DNA of 64,000 bases from an uncultured candidate division Zixibacteria bacterium (GCA_963668625.2 CAXXKA010000008.1:992001-1056000), one strand, 5' to 3'. Shown: positions 48,972 to 59,434, counted from the first letter of the stretch. Notes: generated by a model from the letters alone, not told the origin. Numbers and translations are program-made.

Positions 48972-51900
48972 ATGGCTGATAGAAAGAAATCTGGTGCAGA
49001 TCTATTTATAGTAGATAACAGCGACTCCAAGTGGAAAGTAAAACAATACCTACTTGATTGGGCAGATATTGCCAACAAACTGGACATCGCTACTGGCTAT
49101 TTTGAAATAGGCTCACTACTTGCCCTTGATGGGCAGTGGCAGAAATTGGAAAAGCTGCGAATACTGATGGGCGACCAGGTGTCAATGCGGACTAAACGAG
49201 CGCTTCTGGCTGGAATAGAAGCCGCTAAAGAAGTGCTTGACCATAGTATTGAAAAAGAGAAGGAAGATAATGATTTTCTAACTGGCGTCCCTGCAATAGT
49301 TGATGCCATCAACAAAAAGCAAATTGTTTGCAGAATTTACAATAAAGCTAAATTTCATGCGAAAGCTTACATTACACATGCGAAAAAAGAAGTAATTGGA
49401 TCCTCAGCCCTCGTTGGCTCAAGTAATTTTACTTATCCAGGGCTTACAACAAACATAGAGCTAAATATACAAATTAGGCGCGAAGTTGAGATTCTCCAAG
49501 AATGGTATGAACAACATTGGAAAGAAGCTCATGATGTATCTGAAGATATTCTAAAAGTTATCGAACGCCATATTAAGAAATATACTCCCTTTGAAGTATA
49601 TGCCAAATCCCTGCAAGAATTTTTCCGAGGACATGAAATAACTGTTGGTGAATGGGAGTTAATGGGACCTGATAACGGTGGCTCTCATGTTTATCAGAGG
49701 CTTGACCAATATCAAAAAGACGGCTACAAAGCTATAATGAAAATAGCTAGACAATATAATGGAGCGTTCCTTTGCGATGGAGTAGGTCTTGGTAAGACAT
49801 TTATTGGCTTAATGATTATTGAACGTCTCTGTATGTTTGGTCGTAAACGAGTCGCCCTCTTTGTGCCGAAAGCGGCCAGGAAGCCTGTCTGGGAAACACA
49901 CTTGAAAAAGTATTTGCCACACTTAAGAGGTGTTTTTTCTAACCTTGCAATTTTCAATCATACTGACCTTTCTCGTGAAGGCGAATTTCCCGAGCAATTT
50001 GAAAGAATCACCAAGATGGCTGATGCAATAGTAATTGACGAAGCTCATCACTTCAGAAATCCTGGTATCAAAGGTGAACTTACTGGCAAACCTTCCCGAT
50101 ATCGAAAGATGTTTGAAATCGCTGAGGGGAAACAGCTTTATCTTCTGACAGCAACGCCAGTTAATAACAAATTGATTGATCTCCAACATATGATTGAGCT
50201 TTTCTCTCGCAAAGACTCTGAATACTTTAAATCTGCACCACTGGGGATACATTCACTTCGAGGGCATTTTATAAAAATGGAGAATGCCTTAAAACGAATT
50301 CTGGAAGAGAAACACAACTCTGATGAATTCACTTCCGAAATTAGCCTGGCAGATGCCGAACGTATACTCAAAGATGATTCATTATTTAGAGCTCTCGTCG
50401 TTCAAAGAAGCAGAGAATATGTTAGAAAAAGCCAGATACAAAATGATGAATCGGCTGCTACATTTCCGGCAAGGTCTGAACCTAAAGTAGTAAACTATTC
50501 GATTAAAAAAACATATGGTGCTTTACTAGATTTACTTGAAAAAGCATTTTCTAAAAGGAAACCCCTCTTCACTTTGGCAATCTATTTTCCTCTAGCTTAT
50601 TATATTGGCCCGGATGAGGAAATCGATCCTCTTGCGGAAGGACGCCAGAAACAAGTTGTATCACTTATTCGCACTCAATTCCTCAAACGGTTTGAAAGTT
50701 CTATTAAGTCTTTTGAATTTTCTTGTGCGTCTTTGTTTTTCAAATTGCTAGCTTTTCAAGAAATTAATAGTCAAACTAAATCTGAAAAAGCTAGACTGGA
50801 TAAATGGAAAACCAAATATTCTGAGTTGTTAGATTATATCCGGATTGCCTTCCGTACTATTGATGAAGAAGATATCGAGATGGACGATGACTTAATCCCT
50901 GATGAAATCCTGATGAGGGTTCAGGAATTACCCCGTGATGAATACAATGTGCCCGATATGTTGGCTGATAATTATTTTGACTTGGATCAGTTAGTCGATT
51001 TCATTAAAGAGTTAGCTAAATTCAAGCCATCACATGATGATAAGCTTGCCGCCTTAAAACGAATACTCAAGCAGAATAAATTCTTAAGCCAGCATAAAGT
51101 ATTGATATTTACTGAATATCTAAATACAGCCAGATATCTCAAAGAGCAACTTATACAATCAGGCATAAGCGGTATTGACGAAGTAGATAGTATGGATAAA
51201 AGAGATCGCGGTGATATTATCTCAAGCTTTGCACCATATTATAACGATTATACTAGTGAGAAATTAACAGACGATGGCTTTAAGGAGATTCGAATATTAA
51301 TTTCCACAGACGTACTATCTGAAGGGCTCAACCTTCAGGATGCGACGTTACTAATTAATTATGATATTCACTGGAATCCAGTTAGATTGATGCAGAGAAT
51401 CGGTCGTGTCGATCGAAGGATGAATCCCGATATTGAAAAGCAATTGCTAAAAGACCATCCCGAGCTGGCAGAGACCAGAGGACAAATATATTACTGGAAT
51501 TTCTTGCCTCCTGATGAGCTGGAAAGATTATTAAAATTGTATAATAAAGTAACACACAAAACATTACGAATTTCGAAAATATTTGGTATCGAAGGTAGAA
51601 AGCTTCTTACTCCTGATGACGAGTATGACGCTTTAAAAGACTTTACACATACATACGAAGGTTCAACAACGACCATTGAGGAAATGCATCTGGAGTATCA
51701 GAGGCTCATAAAGGAGATCCCTGATCTTGAAGCGCGACTTAATAATTTGCCAGGAAAGGTCTTTAGTGGAAAAAAACACCCTGATACTGATACCCAAGCT
51801 GTCTTCTTCTGCTACGCTTTGCCGGCCCCCGATACACAGCCATCCCAGATGGACGCGTTCAAGGAAGTCATATGGTCGGAGGATGCCGGTCATACAAAAT

Positions 51901-52127
51901 GGTATCTCTACGATGTTGACACCGAGAAAATTCTGGATGAGCCGGCTGATATAATTGATATTATTCAATGCGAGCCAACTACTCCACGGCATAGAGCCGT
52001 TGAGAATAAAACTCTTTCAGAAATCCGCGTAAAAATCGAAAAGCATATTAAAAATACGTACTTTAAGAAAGTCCAAGCTCCTATCGGAATTAAGGGTGTA
52101 TTGAAGGCATGGATGGAGTTAAGTTAA
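48972..52127 (+). CDS. PLD-nuclease plus SNF2-type helicase fusion
   Basis: ATGYF, FHAKAYI, GSSNFT (PLD); DGVGLGKT, DEAH, TATP, SEGLNLQ, QRIGRVDR (SF2). Confidence 0.9.
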   Translation: MADRKKSGADLFIVDNSDSKWKVKQYLLDWADIANKLDIATGYFEIGSLLALDGQWQKLEKLRILMGDQVSMRTKRALLAGIEAAKEVLDHSIEKEKEDNDFLTGVPAIVDAINKKQIVCRIYNKAKFHAKAYITHAKKEVIGSSALVGSSNFTYPGLTTNIELNIQIRREVEILQEWYEQHWKEAHDVSEDILKVIERHIKKYTPFEVYAKSLQEFFRGHEITVGEWELMGPDNGGSHVYQRLDQYQKDGYKAIMKIARQYNGAFLCDGVGLGKTFIGLMIIERLCMFGRKRVALFVPKAARKPVWETHLKKYLPHLRGVFSNLAIFNHTDLSREGEFPEQFERITKMADAIVIDEAHHFRNPGIKGELTGKPSRYRKMFEIAEGKQLYLLTATPVNNKLIDLQHMIELFSRKDSEYFKSAPLGIHSLRGHFIKMENALKRILEEKHNSDEFTSEISLADAERILKDDSLFRALVVQRSREYVRKSQIQNDESAATFPARSEPKVVNYSIKKTYGALLDLLEKAFSKRKPLFTLAIYFPLAYYIGPDEEIDPLAEGRQKQVVSLIRTQFLKRFESSIKSFEFSCASLFFKLLAFQEINSQTKSEKARLDKWKTKYSELLDYIRIAFRTIDEEDIEMDDDLIPDEILMRVQELPRDEYNVPDMLADNYFDLDQLVDFIKELAKFKPSHDDKLAALKRILKQNKFLSQHKVLIFTEYLNTARYLKEQLIQSGISGIDEVDSMDKRDRGDIISSFAPYYNDYTSEKLTDDGFKEIRILISTDVLSEGLNLQDATLLINYDIHWNPVRLMQRIGRVDRRMNPDIEKQLLKDHPELAETRGQIYYWNFLPPDELERLLKLYNKVTHKTLRISKIFGIEGRKLLTPDDEYDALKDFTHTYEGSTTTIEEMHLEYQRLIKEIPDLEARLNNLPGKVFSGKKHPDTDTQAVFFCYALPAPDTQPSQMDAFKEVIWSEDAGHTKWYLYDVDTEKILDEPADIIDIIQCEPTTPRHRAVENKTLSEIRVKIEKHIKNTYFKKVQAPIGIKGVLKAWMELS

Positions 52128-52139
52128 TAAGGCATAATA

Positions 52140-55100
52140 ATGACGAATCTTGATCGCGATCATTTAAGCAAAATTAAAACCTTTCCATCATTGGTCAAAT
52201 ATCTAAAAGATGAACTAGATTGGCCAATTGAATCTGTCGATTTCGATGAACTCACATTTGACTATGAGCCAGAAGAACTTGGTATAGATTCCAAAACCGC
52301 CGCTAAGATTTCCGAAATCAAACAGCTGCGCCCAATTGTTACGAACCAACCATGGGGGATATTTTTTGTTAAGTTTGAGCCCAAGCAATTGCCCGTCGTA
52401 GCGCTAAGAAGAATTCTAAGCCAACTAGTTATTAAAAAAAGGGCATCTGGGAAGAAAGCTGAGCAAGCCACATGGAATCTTCATGATCTGCTATTTGTTT
52501 CAAATTATGGCGAAGGTGATCAGCGCCAAATTACTTTTGCCCATTTTTCTCAAACTCCCGAACGAACAGACTTACCCACTCTCAAGGTGTTAGGATGGGA
52601 TGACTCCGATACAGCACTACATATAGATCATGTTCATCAAGAGTTAAAAGATAAGCTGAAATGGCCTACTGATGAAGATGATTTACCGGGTTGGCGAGAA
52701 ACCTGGTCATCTGCCTTTACGCTAAAGTATCGCGAAGTTATTACCACTTCTAAAGAACTTGCGGTCCGCTTGGCTGAACTTGCTAAAAGTATTCGAAAAC
52801 GCGCTAATCGAATTTTAGCTATTGAAACCGAAAAAGGCATGCTTCGCAATCTTCATAAAGCTTTCAAGGAAGCACTTATTCACGACCTTAATGAAGATGA
52901 TTTTGCCGATATGTATGCCCAGACAATTGCTTATGGCTTGTTAACGGCCAGAGTATCCCGCCCAATGGGCATTAATGCCGATGATGTTGCTAATATGGTG
53001 CCAATTACCAATCCGTTCTTAAAAGAAATGTTGGAAACTTTCCTTACTGTTGGTGGCCGAAAGGGAAAATTGGATTTTGACGAATTAGGCATTCAAGAAG
53101 TAGTGGAGCTTTTAAACAGTCCTGATACTCATATGGATGACATCCTTCGGGATTTTGGAAACCGCACGCGACAGGAAGACCCTGTGATTCATTTTTATGA
53201 ATATTTTCTGACAGAATACGATAAGGACAAGAAAGTAAAACGAGGCGTTTTTTATACGCCTCAGCCGATCGTATCTTTCATTGTCAGGAGTGTGCATGAA
53301 ATCCTACAACAAGAGTTTGGACTGGAAGACGGCTTGGCTGACACAACAACCTGGGGCGAAATGGTTAAACGCCATAAGGATTTGGTTATACCCAAAGGCG
53401 TTCCTGCAAATCAAACCTTCGTTCAAATTCTCGATCCGGCTACAGGGACTGGCACATTCCTTGTTGAGGTCATAGATATTATTTATAAGATGATGACTGA
53501 GAAATGGAAAAGAGAAAAGCGCCTTGAATTAGAATTCAATAATCTATGGAATGAGTATGTACCGAAACACCTGCTACCTCGTTTGCATGGCTATGAATTA
53601 CTAATGGCTCCGTACGCTATAGCCCACCTCAAGATTGGCCTCAAACTCTTCGAGACTGGGTATAGGTTTAGAAGCGATGAACGAGCAAGGATATTTCTAA
53701 CGAATGCTCTGGAGCCGGCGTCTTCTTTGGCTGATGTCAAGGCGGCTGGCTTATTCGAAGCGCTCGGACACGAAGCCCAAGCAGTAAACGAAGTAAAACT
53801 GAAACAGCGGTTTACTGCGGTTATTGGAAATCCACCATATTCAAAATCATCAGCAAATAGATCACATGAAACCGAGCGATTAGTTGAAAAATACAAAGCG
53901 CTTGTTTCTGATGAAAGAAATGTTCAACCATTGTCGGACGATTATGTCAAATTCATTGCGTTATCTGAAAAATTACTCCAATCGAGTGATATTGGTCTAC
54001 TCGGAATGATAACAAATCGTGGGTATATACCAGGGATTATTCATCGAGGTATGCGAGCATGTATTGTTGATTCATTCTCATCAGTCTCAATTTTAGATTG
54101 TCATGGCGACACAAACATAGGAGAGACTCCTCCGCGCGGGGAGGCGAATGAAAACGTGTTTGATATACAGCAAGGGGTTGCAATCTGCTGTCTAGTTCGT
54201 GGACCAAATTTATTGCAGAAACATGCGGCGCATGGTGATTTATGGGGTACAAGAACAGAGAAATTTTCTTTCCTTACTCAGAGAACCATGGCAGCTGCAA
54301 CGAGGAAACTTCCGATTGCCCCTAATCCGCCAAGGTATTCCTTCACACCTATTTGCTCTATGCTCAGGCGAGAGTATGAATCTCAACTTAAAATGACACA
54401 GATCTTTGGTACAGGTAATGTTAAAGCAGATCAGGGACAGCGATATGGCAATGGCATTAAGAGTAATAGGGATGCGCTTCTGATAGGATTCACCTATTCC
54501 GAAGTTGTTGATCGAATGAATTTGCTCGCAGATACGAATTACTCAGACAAAGAAATCAATGAGATGTTGGCGCTTACTGATGGTCCTTATTGGAATACCG
54601 CGCGCGAGCGTGAGAAGATCAGGGCCGTTAAGCCCAATAAAATGCTAAGACCAATTCTTTACCGCCCATTTGATTGCCGATGGATATGGTATCAGAAGAA
54701 CCTTATTCAAATTGGCCGAGGTGGTGCTAGCCCAAACCTCATGTACCAGATGCTGGTCGGTCCCAATATTGCCTTACTTACTTCAAGAAATCCTCAGGAA
54801 GACTCATTCTCATCCGTTTTTGTGACAACACTTCTATCAGAAATGAAAACGGCTGAAGCTACAAGAGCATCATATTGTTTTCCTCTTTTTATACATCCCA
54901 CGCAAGATCTCATCGTCAGTGAAACAGTAATGAATTTCTCCCCAGATTTTGCAAAGGGCTTGGCAAAGGCATTACAACTTTCCTGGTCTAGCCAAGCAAA
55001 TGGCAATCTTAAAACTGCTGGAAATGTTGGTCCTAGGGATGCGTTTAATTTCATATACGCTCAGCTACATTCAGTCATGTATCGAAAAAGATATAGTAAT

Positions 55101-55574
55101 TTTCTTTGCGAAGACTTTCCCAGGATTTTTATCACACAAAATATAGATCTATTTCGGACGCTAAGTGAAATCGGCTCTGAGCTTATCGATCTTCATCTCT
55201 TAGAATCCCCTAGGCTCAATAATTTCATCACGACCCTTGTCGGCTCTGGCGATTTCCAAGTCAAAAAAGTCTTCTATTGCAATGAAACCGTGTGGATTGA
55301 TAAAGAGAATACTAATGGTTTCCAAGACGTATCTGAAGATGTATGGGAATTCCGCATAGGTGGTTATCAGGTCTGCAAAAAATGGCTAAAGGATCGACAA
55401 GCAAAAGGTGGGAAAAATCCTCGTCCTGGTCGTGTGCTAACCAAAGAGGATATTGATCACTATCAAAAGATCATCGTCGCCATTAGCGAAACAATTCGAA
55501 TTATGAAAGAAATTGATGAAGTTATCGACCAGCATGGCGGCTGGCCTGGCGCGTTTGTTACTAATACTAAATAA
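52140..55574 (+). CDS. N6-adenine DNA methyltransferase with Type ISP/IIG-like target-recognition domain
   Basis: RGVFYTP, LDPATGTGTF, GNPPY, YRPFD, EFRIGGYQVCKKWLKDR (Type ISP C-terminal pattern). Confidence 0.88.
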   Translation: MTNLDRDHLSKIKTFPSLVKYLKDELDWPIESVDFDELTFDYEPEELGIDSKTAAKISEIKQLRPIVTNQPWGIFFVKFEPKQLPVVALRRILSQLVIKKRASGKKAEQATWNLHDLLFVSNYGEGDQRQITFAHFSQTPERTDLPTLKVLGWDDSDTALHIDHVHQELKDKLKWPTDEDDLPGWRETWSSAFTLKYREVITTSKELAVRLAELAKSIRKRANRILAIETEKGMLRNLHKAFKEALIHDLNEDDFADMYAQTIAYGLLTARVSRPMGINADDVANMVPITNPFLKEMLETFLTVGGRKGKLDFDELGIQEVVELLNSPDTHMDDILRDFGNRTRQEDPVIHFYEYFLTEYDKDKKVKRGVFYTPQPIVSFIVRSVHEILQQEFGLEDGLADTTTWGEMVKRHKDLVIPKGVPANQTFVQILDPATGTGTFLVEVIDIIYKMMTEKWKREKRLELEFNNLWNEYVPKHLLPRLHGYELLMAPYAIAHLKIGLKLFETGYRFRSDERARIFLTNALEPASSLADVKAAGLFEALGHEAQAVNEVKLKQRFTAVIGNPPYSKSSANRSHETERLVEKYKALVSDERNVQPLSDDYVKFIALSEKLLQSSDIGLLGMITNRGYIPGIIHRGMRACIVDSFSSVSILDCHGDTNIGETPPRGEANENVFDIQQGVAICCLVRGPNLLQKHAAHGDLWGTRTEKFSFLTQRTMAAATRKLPIAPNPPRYSFTPICSMLRREYESQLKMTQIFGTGNVKADQGQRYGNGIKSNRDALLIGFTYSEVVDRMNLLADTNYSDKEINEMLALTDGPYWNTAREREKIRAVKPNKMLRPILYRPFDCRWIWYQKNLIQIGRGGASPNLMYQMLVGPNIALLTSRNPQEDSFSSVFVTTLLSEMKTAEATRASYCFPLFIHPTQDLIVSETVMNFSPDFAKGLAKALQLSWSSQANGNLKTAGNVGPRDAFNFIYAQLHSVMYRKRYSNFLCEDFPRIFITQNIDLFRTLSEIGSELIDLHLLESPRLNNFITTLVGSGDFQVKKVFYCNETVWIDKENTNGFQDVSEDVWEFRIGGYQVCKKWLKDRQAKGGKNPRPGRVLTKEDIDHYQKIIVAISETIRIMKEIDEVIDQHGGWPGAFVTNTK

Positions 55575-55592
55575 ACAACATTTAATAGATGG

Positions 55593-56375
55593 ATGAATAA
55601 GCATATGAACACAAATTGGCATAAGAAATATGAAGGCGTTGGATTTTATGCTAATAATGAGGTAGAAAAAATCTTAAATACACTTACAGATGGCTTACCT
55701 GTTGACATTGAAGATTCCAATCCTCGTAGTCTTAAAACAGTCCCCACCTGGCATGTTTTCTTTAAAGGTGTAAGGATATTAGAATTAGATGTAAACAAAG
55801 GCGGGATATTATTTAGGATTGTCAAACTGATTTACTGGCCTGATAATATAACCACCCATCCTGGATTCAATTTGGAGAAATGGAATAAGGGAAAAACAGC
55901 AAATTTAAGTCTCAGAAATGAAAGGATGGCTCAAGATTTACGTCCTTTACTTAAGGAACATTTGCAAATTCTCGAATCCGTACTTAACGGAAATAGAAAA
56001 GACCTAAAAAAACCGCTATTTGATAAAAAACATCTCAAAGAGCAATATTTTGAAACTGAAGTCACTGAAAATCTAAATCTTATTGAACCAGATTTAAAGT
56101 TAGTTAGACGTCAGTTGGTAACATCTGCCGGCAGGCTAGATCTATTATGTTCTGATAAAAACAATCTCCCCGTAGTAATCGAGCTTAAGATTGCCTTGTC
56201 AGATACTTCAGTATTGGAGCAGATTAAAAGGTATATCGGATATATTAAAAAAGATACTGGTTTAGATACTCGTGGCATTATTCTTCATAATGATGATGAT
56301 AATTTAAGCAATTTGAGAGATGCAGCTGCCTGTAACTCTATTCAGGTGATTTCATGGAAGCAACTTGGCACCTAA
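55593..56375 (+). CDS. NucS/EndoMS-like PD-(D/E)xK nuclease domain protein
   Basis: GRLDLLCSD...VVIELK...EQIKRY. Confidence 0.75.
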   Translation: MNKHMNTNWHKKYEGVGFYANNEVEKILNTLTDGLPVDIEDSNPRSLKTVPTWHVFFKGVRILELDVNKGGILFRIVKLIYWPDNITTHPGFNLEKWNKGKTANLSLRNERMAQDLRPLLKEHLQILESVLNGNRKDLKKPLFDKKHLKEQYFETEVTENLNLIEPDLKLVRRQLVTSAGRLDLLCSDKNNLPVVIELKIALSDTSVLEQIKRYIGYIKKDTGLDTRGIILHNDDDNLSNLRDAAACNSIQVISWKQLGT

Positions 56376-56420
56376 GAATATAATTACAGTGAAGAGTAGT
56401 AAAAGTAGCAAGAGGTAAAA

Positions 56421-56966
56421 TTGAACATTGATGAAATTCTAAATGTAATTAAAGTTATTGTTAAAAATCGTGAAGATGGAATATTTGTTCCGATTCTTGA
56501 ATCAGATTTACATGGATATATATACCATAAGATTCTTAAAATCCTTAAAATTTCGACGTCTAAAGTTCACATCGATAGTAGAGTACTGGGTGCGCCTAAT
56601 AACACTAAATATGACATTGTTATCGGCGAAGTTCGGTTCCGGAGTGAAGATAAAAGACCTGCTATTAAATCTGAAGTATTAATGGAAGTTAAAATATTCC
56701 CAAAAGGATTTGCCAGCGGTCAATTGTGGAGACGGTTCGATCAGGTAATCAATAAAGATATTCCTAAATTGGTCGCAGTAACAGATACTTCTATATTGAA
56801 AATTGAATTTATCTATGATGAGGTTGACTATTTATCTGGGAAACATCAAAAAACAAAACGTTTAGATTATTTGTGTAATTATAAACAAAGAAAAGCCCCC
56901 AATGTACATTTAGCTATTGTGAGAAAAGATAAATATCTAAAAGACTGGCAAATCTTAGTGAAATAA
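56421..56966 (+). CDS. Putative PD-(D/E)xK-fold nuclease
   Basis: ESDL...YDIVI...MEVK...KDIPKL. Confidence 0.55.
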   Translation: MNIDEILNVIKVIVKNREDGIFVPILESDLHGYIYHKILKILKISTSKVHIDSRVLGAPNNTKYDIVIGEVRFRSEDKRPAIKSEVLMEVKIFPKGFASGQLWRRFDQVINKDIPKLVAVTDTSILKIEFIYDEVDYLSGKHQKTKRLDYLCNYKQRKAPNVHLAIVRKDKYLKDWQILVK

Positions 56967-56981
56967 AATTAAGGAATAGTT

Positions 56982-57995
56982 ATGTCACTACTTTGGACTA
57001 AAACAGGCCCCTATCATCAAGTTGATTATAAAAACGAAGCCGAGTTGGAATCAGCTATATTAGAGGTGCAAGATACACTGTTTGGCCTTGACCGTATTTA
57101 TCTTGATGTGAAAAAGAAGATAGGCGTCAAAGGTGGTGTACGCAATATACCCGATGGCTATCTGATAGATTTAAGCAGCCGTAAGCCTCGTTTATATGTA
57201 GTCGAAAACGAATTAGCAGCTCACGATCCCCTTCGCCATATAGCGATTCAAATTCTTCAGTTCTCGCTGTCTTTCGAGACAGAACAACGTGGTGTAAGAA
57301 ATATCGTATTTAATGCGTTGCAAAAGAGAGCCGCCGATAAGTCAAAATGCGAAAAATATGCCTCAGAAAACGGTTTCCGTAATTTGGATCATTTGCTGGA
57401 TTTGATGGTATTTGAGGGGCCGTTCGCAGCTCTGGTTATCATCGATGAGATACCTGACAATCTTGAGAATATCCTGGTAAGGAAATTCCAATTTGGCGTG
57501 GAGGTCCTGGAGCTGGCTAAATATCAAAACGAATCAGGTGAAAAGGCATATCGATTCAGCCCATTCCTTGCGGATGTTAATGCTGATCTCGATGCAGCGA
57601 AATCCACAGTCACTACTAGACAATCTATTGATGTCGAGGAAATAGACACGGTAGTAGTACCTGCCCGCGAGGACGGCTTTGAGGAAGTATTCGTTAATGA
57701 GAACAGATGGTATCAGATAAGAATACACGGCTCGATGAAACCTCAGATAAAGTATATAGCTGTTTATAGGGTATCACCAATATCAGCAATAACTCATATA
57801 GCACCAGTGAAATCAATCGAGCCCTGGAAGGATACTGATAAATATGTAGTTAATTTCGCTGAGCCAGCGCATGAAATTGGGCCTATACAATTAGTACCCA
57901 AGGAAAGCAATGGTCGCGAAAAGGCTTTGCAGAATTTAAGGTATACATCGATGGATAGGCTTGAAAACGCGAAGACTCTTGATGATTTGTGGTAG
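56982..57995 (+). CDS. Putative restriction-like nuclease with C-terminal beta-rich (PUA/EVE-like?) domain
   Basis: NEAELE...IPDGYLID...VVENE...IQILQF; C-terminal VVVPAREDGF...WYQIRI...YIAVY...AITH. Confidence 0.6.
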   Translation: MSLLWTKTGPYHQVDYKNEAELESAILEVQDTLFGLDRIYLDVKKKIGVKGGVRNIPDGYLIDLSSRKPRLYVVENELAAHDPLRHIAIQILQFSLSFETEQRGVRNIVFNALQKRAADKSKCEKYASENGFRNLDHLLDLMVFEGPFAALVIIDEIPDNLENILVRKFQFGVEVLELAKYQNESGEKAYRFSPFLADVNADLDAAKSTVTTRQSIDVEEIDTVVVPAREDGFEEVFVNENRWYQIRIHGSMKPQIKYIAVYRVSPISAITHIAPVKSIEPWKDTDKYVVNFAEPAHEIGPIQLVPKESNGREKALQNLRYTSMDRLENAKTLDDLW

Positions 57996-58011
57996 AATAA
58001 GGATAGTGTTA

Positions 58012-58776
58012 ATGATGACACTTGATGACGATAAGTTGTATTTAGTAAAGAGCATTGTAAATTGGTACTGTAACGCATGTAATAATCCGAGCTCACAGGT
58101 ACTAAGGCACCCTGAATTCGGTAGGTGGAAAAGTTGGGATGATGATCAGCTATTTTGTTCTATCTTTTTTGCCGTTGCTGCTAAAAAGAGATCAATAGAA
58201 GCACGAGAATACCTAGACTTAATGGAAAATCATAATCTAAATTTTGAATTGCAAGTATCAATGTTGACAGGCCTTTCGTATGAAAAAAAACTAATGAAAA
58301 TCTGGGAATTTGGCAAGGGTAAAAATCGGTTAAATAAATGCCTCGGTTTATATTTTAGCACTCCAGGGAATATAGGCAGAAAGGGTAACTATGAGAGAAC
58401 CATTACCGATTTTTTCTGTGCATTTGAGGATCGTGGATTCAAAGCATGGTTGATCAAAATGGAAAAAATAAAATCCGAAAGAGATAGAGCTAAACAATTA
58501 GAATTTGTACCAGGAATTAAATTGAAGGCTTCTCGAGATTTTCTTAATGACATCGGTATGACTAATAGTTTAGTTGCCCTCGATTCCCATGTCTTATCTG
58601 AAATGAGAGAGATTTGGAAATGGAAAGTACCCGAGAATACGCCCTCAAGCCGAAAACGCTATTTGGAAATTGAGGATGGTGTTAGGGATATAGCAAGAAG
58701 AATCGCTGCAACGGTACTGGAAATAGATAAGGCTATTTATTATGCTAGATCAACTGGAGAATATTCCAGTCAATAA
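58012..58776 (+). CDS. HhH-superfamily (Ogg2-like) DNA glycosylase/lyase
   Basis: Start moved to ATG 58012 (AAGGA RBS); VPGIKLKASRDFLNDIG...VALDSHV...YLEIE...EIDKAIY. Confidence 0.7.
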   Translation: MMTLDDDKLYLVKSIVNWYCNACNNPSSQVLRHPEFGRWKSWDDDQLFCSIFFAVAAKKRSIEAREYLDLMENHNLNFELQVSMLTGLSYEKKLMKIWEFGKGKNRLNKCLGLYFSTPGNIGRKGNYERTITDFFCAFEDRGFKAWLIKMEKIKSERDRAKQLEFVPGIKLKASRDFLNDIGMTNSLVALDSHVLSEMREIWKWKVPENTPSSRKRYLEIEDGVRDIARRIAATVLEIDKAIYYARSTGEYSSQ

Positions 58777-58806
58777 ATGGTCTTAAATTGAAAGGGAGAA
58801 AGTTTT

Positions 58807-59382
58807 GTGAAAGAAGAAATAAGGCCAAAAGCATTTATAAGTTGCAGTCTTCGTGAAGAAGATAAAGACTTTGTAGATTTTATCACAAGAATTGTAATGC
58901 GTTTTGGATTTGAGCCAATGGGAACTATAGGCAAATATCAAGCAGCCCCTATTCCTATCTGGCAGCAAATGAAGGAAGGAATCGCTTCAGCTGATTGCGT
59001 TGTGCTTATTGCTACACCTAGATATCTGCAGCAAGATATCAACGATAAAAATAAAACCGGGCAGGGCATTTCGGAAATGCTCCATATTGAAGTTGGAATG
59101 GCTGTAATGTCCGGTAAGCCAATACTCGCATTTGTACTTGAAGGAACTGATATTGGAGGATTTTTGCCACAAGCTATTCAATACATTGAATTAAAACATA
59201 CTGATTTTGAAGGACTAGCTTCTAAATGGCCATTAATTGCTAATTATTTCCGTAGCGCTATGTCTATTATTCAAAAGAAATGGTATGAAAACGAGAATAA
59301 GAAGATGTTGAAAATCGCAGGAACAATCTTAGCAATTATTGGCGGTGCTAGCGTTTTAGATAGAATATTTCCAGATAATTGA
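58807..59382 (+). CDS. TIR-like/nucleoside-deoxyribosyltransferase-like protein with a C-terminal transmembrane helix
   Basis: KAFISCS...ADCVVLIATPRY...LHIEVGMA...KPILAF; hydrophobic tail IAGTILAIIGGASVL. Confidence 0.65.
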   Translation: MKEEIRPKAFISCSLREEDKDFVDFITRIVMRFGFEPMGTIGKYQAAPIPIWQQMKEGIASADCVVLIATPRYLQQDINDKNKTGQGISEMLHIEVGMAVMSGKPILAFVLEGTDIGGFLPQAIQYIELKHTDFEGLASKWPLIANYFRSAMSIIQKKWYENENKKMLKIAGTILAIIGGASVLDRIFPDN

Positions 59383-59434
59383 TGTTTATGTGTGATAATT
59401 TACTGATTTAAATTAATCTAAAAGGGGTTTTAAA

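Noticed and set aside
48972-59382. DISARM or BREX system
   Set aside because: No drmA/drmB/drmC, pglZ or brxC recognisable in the window
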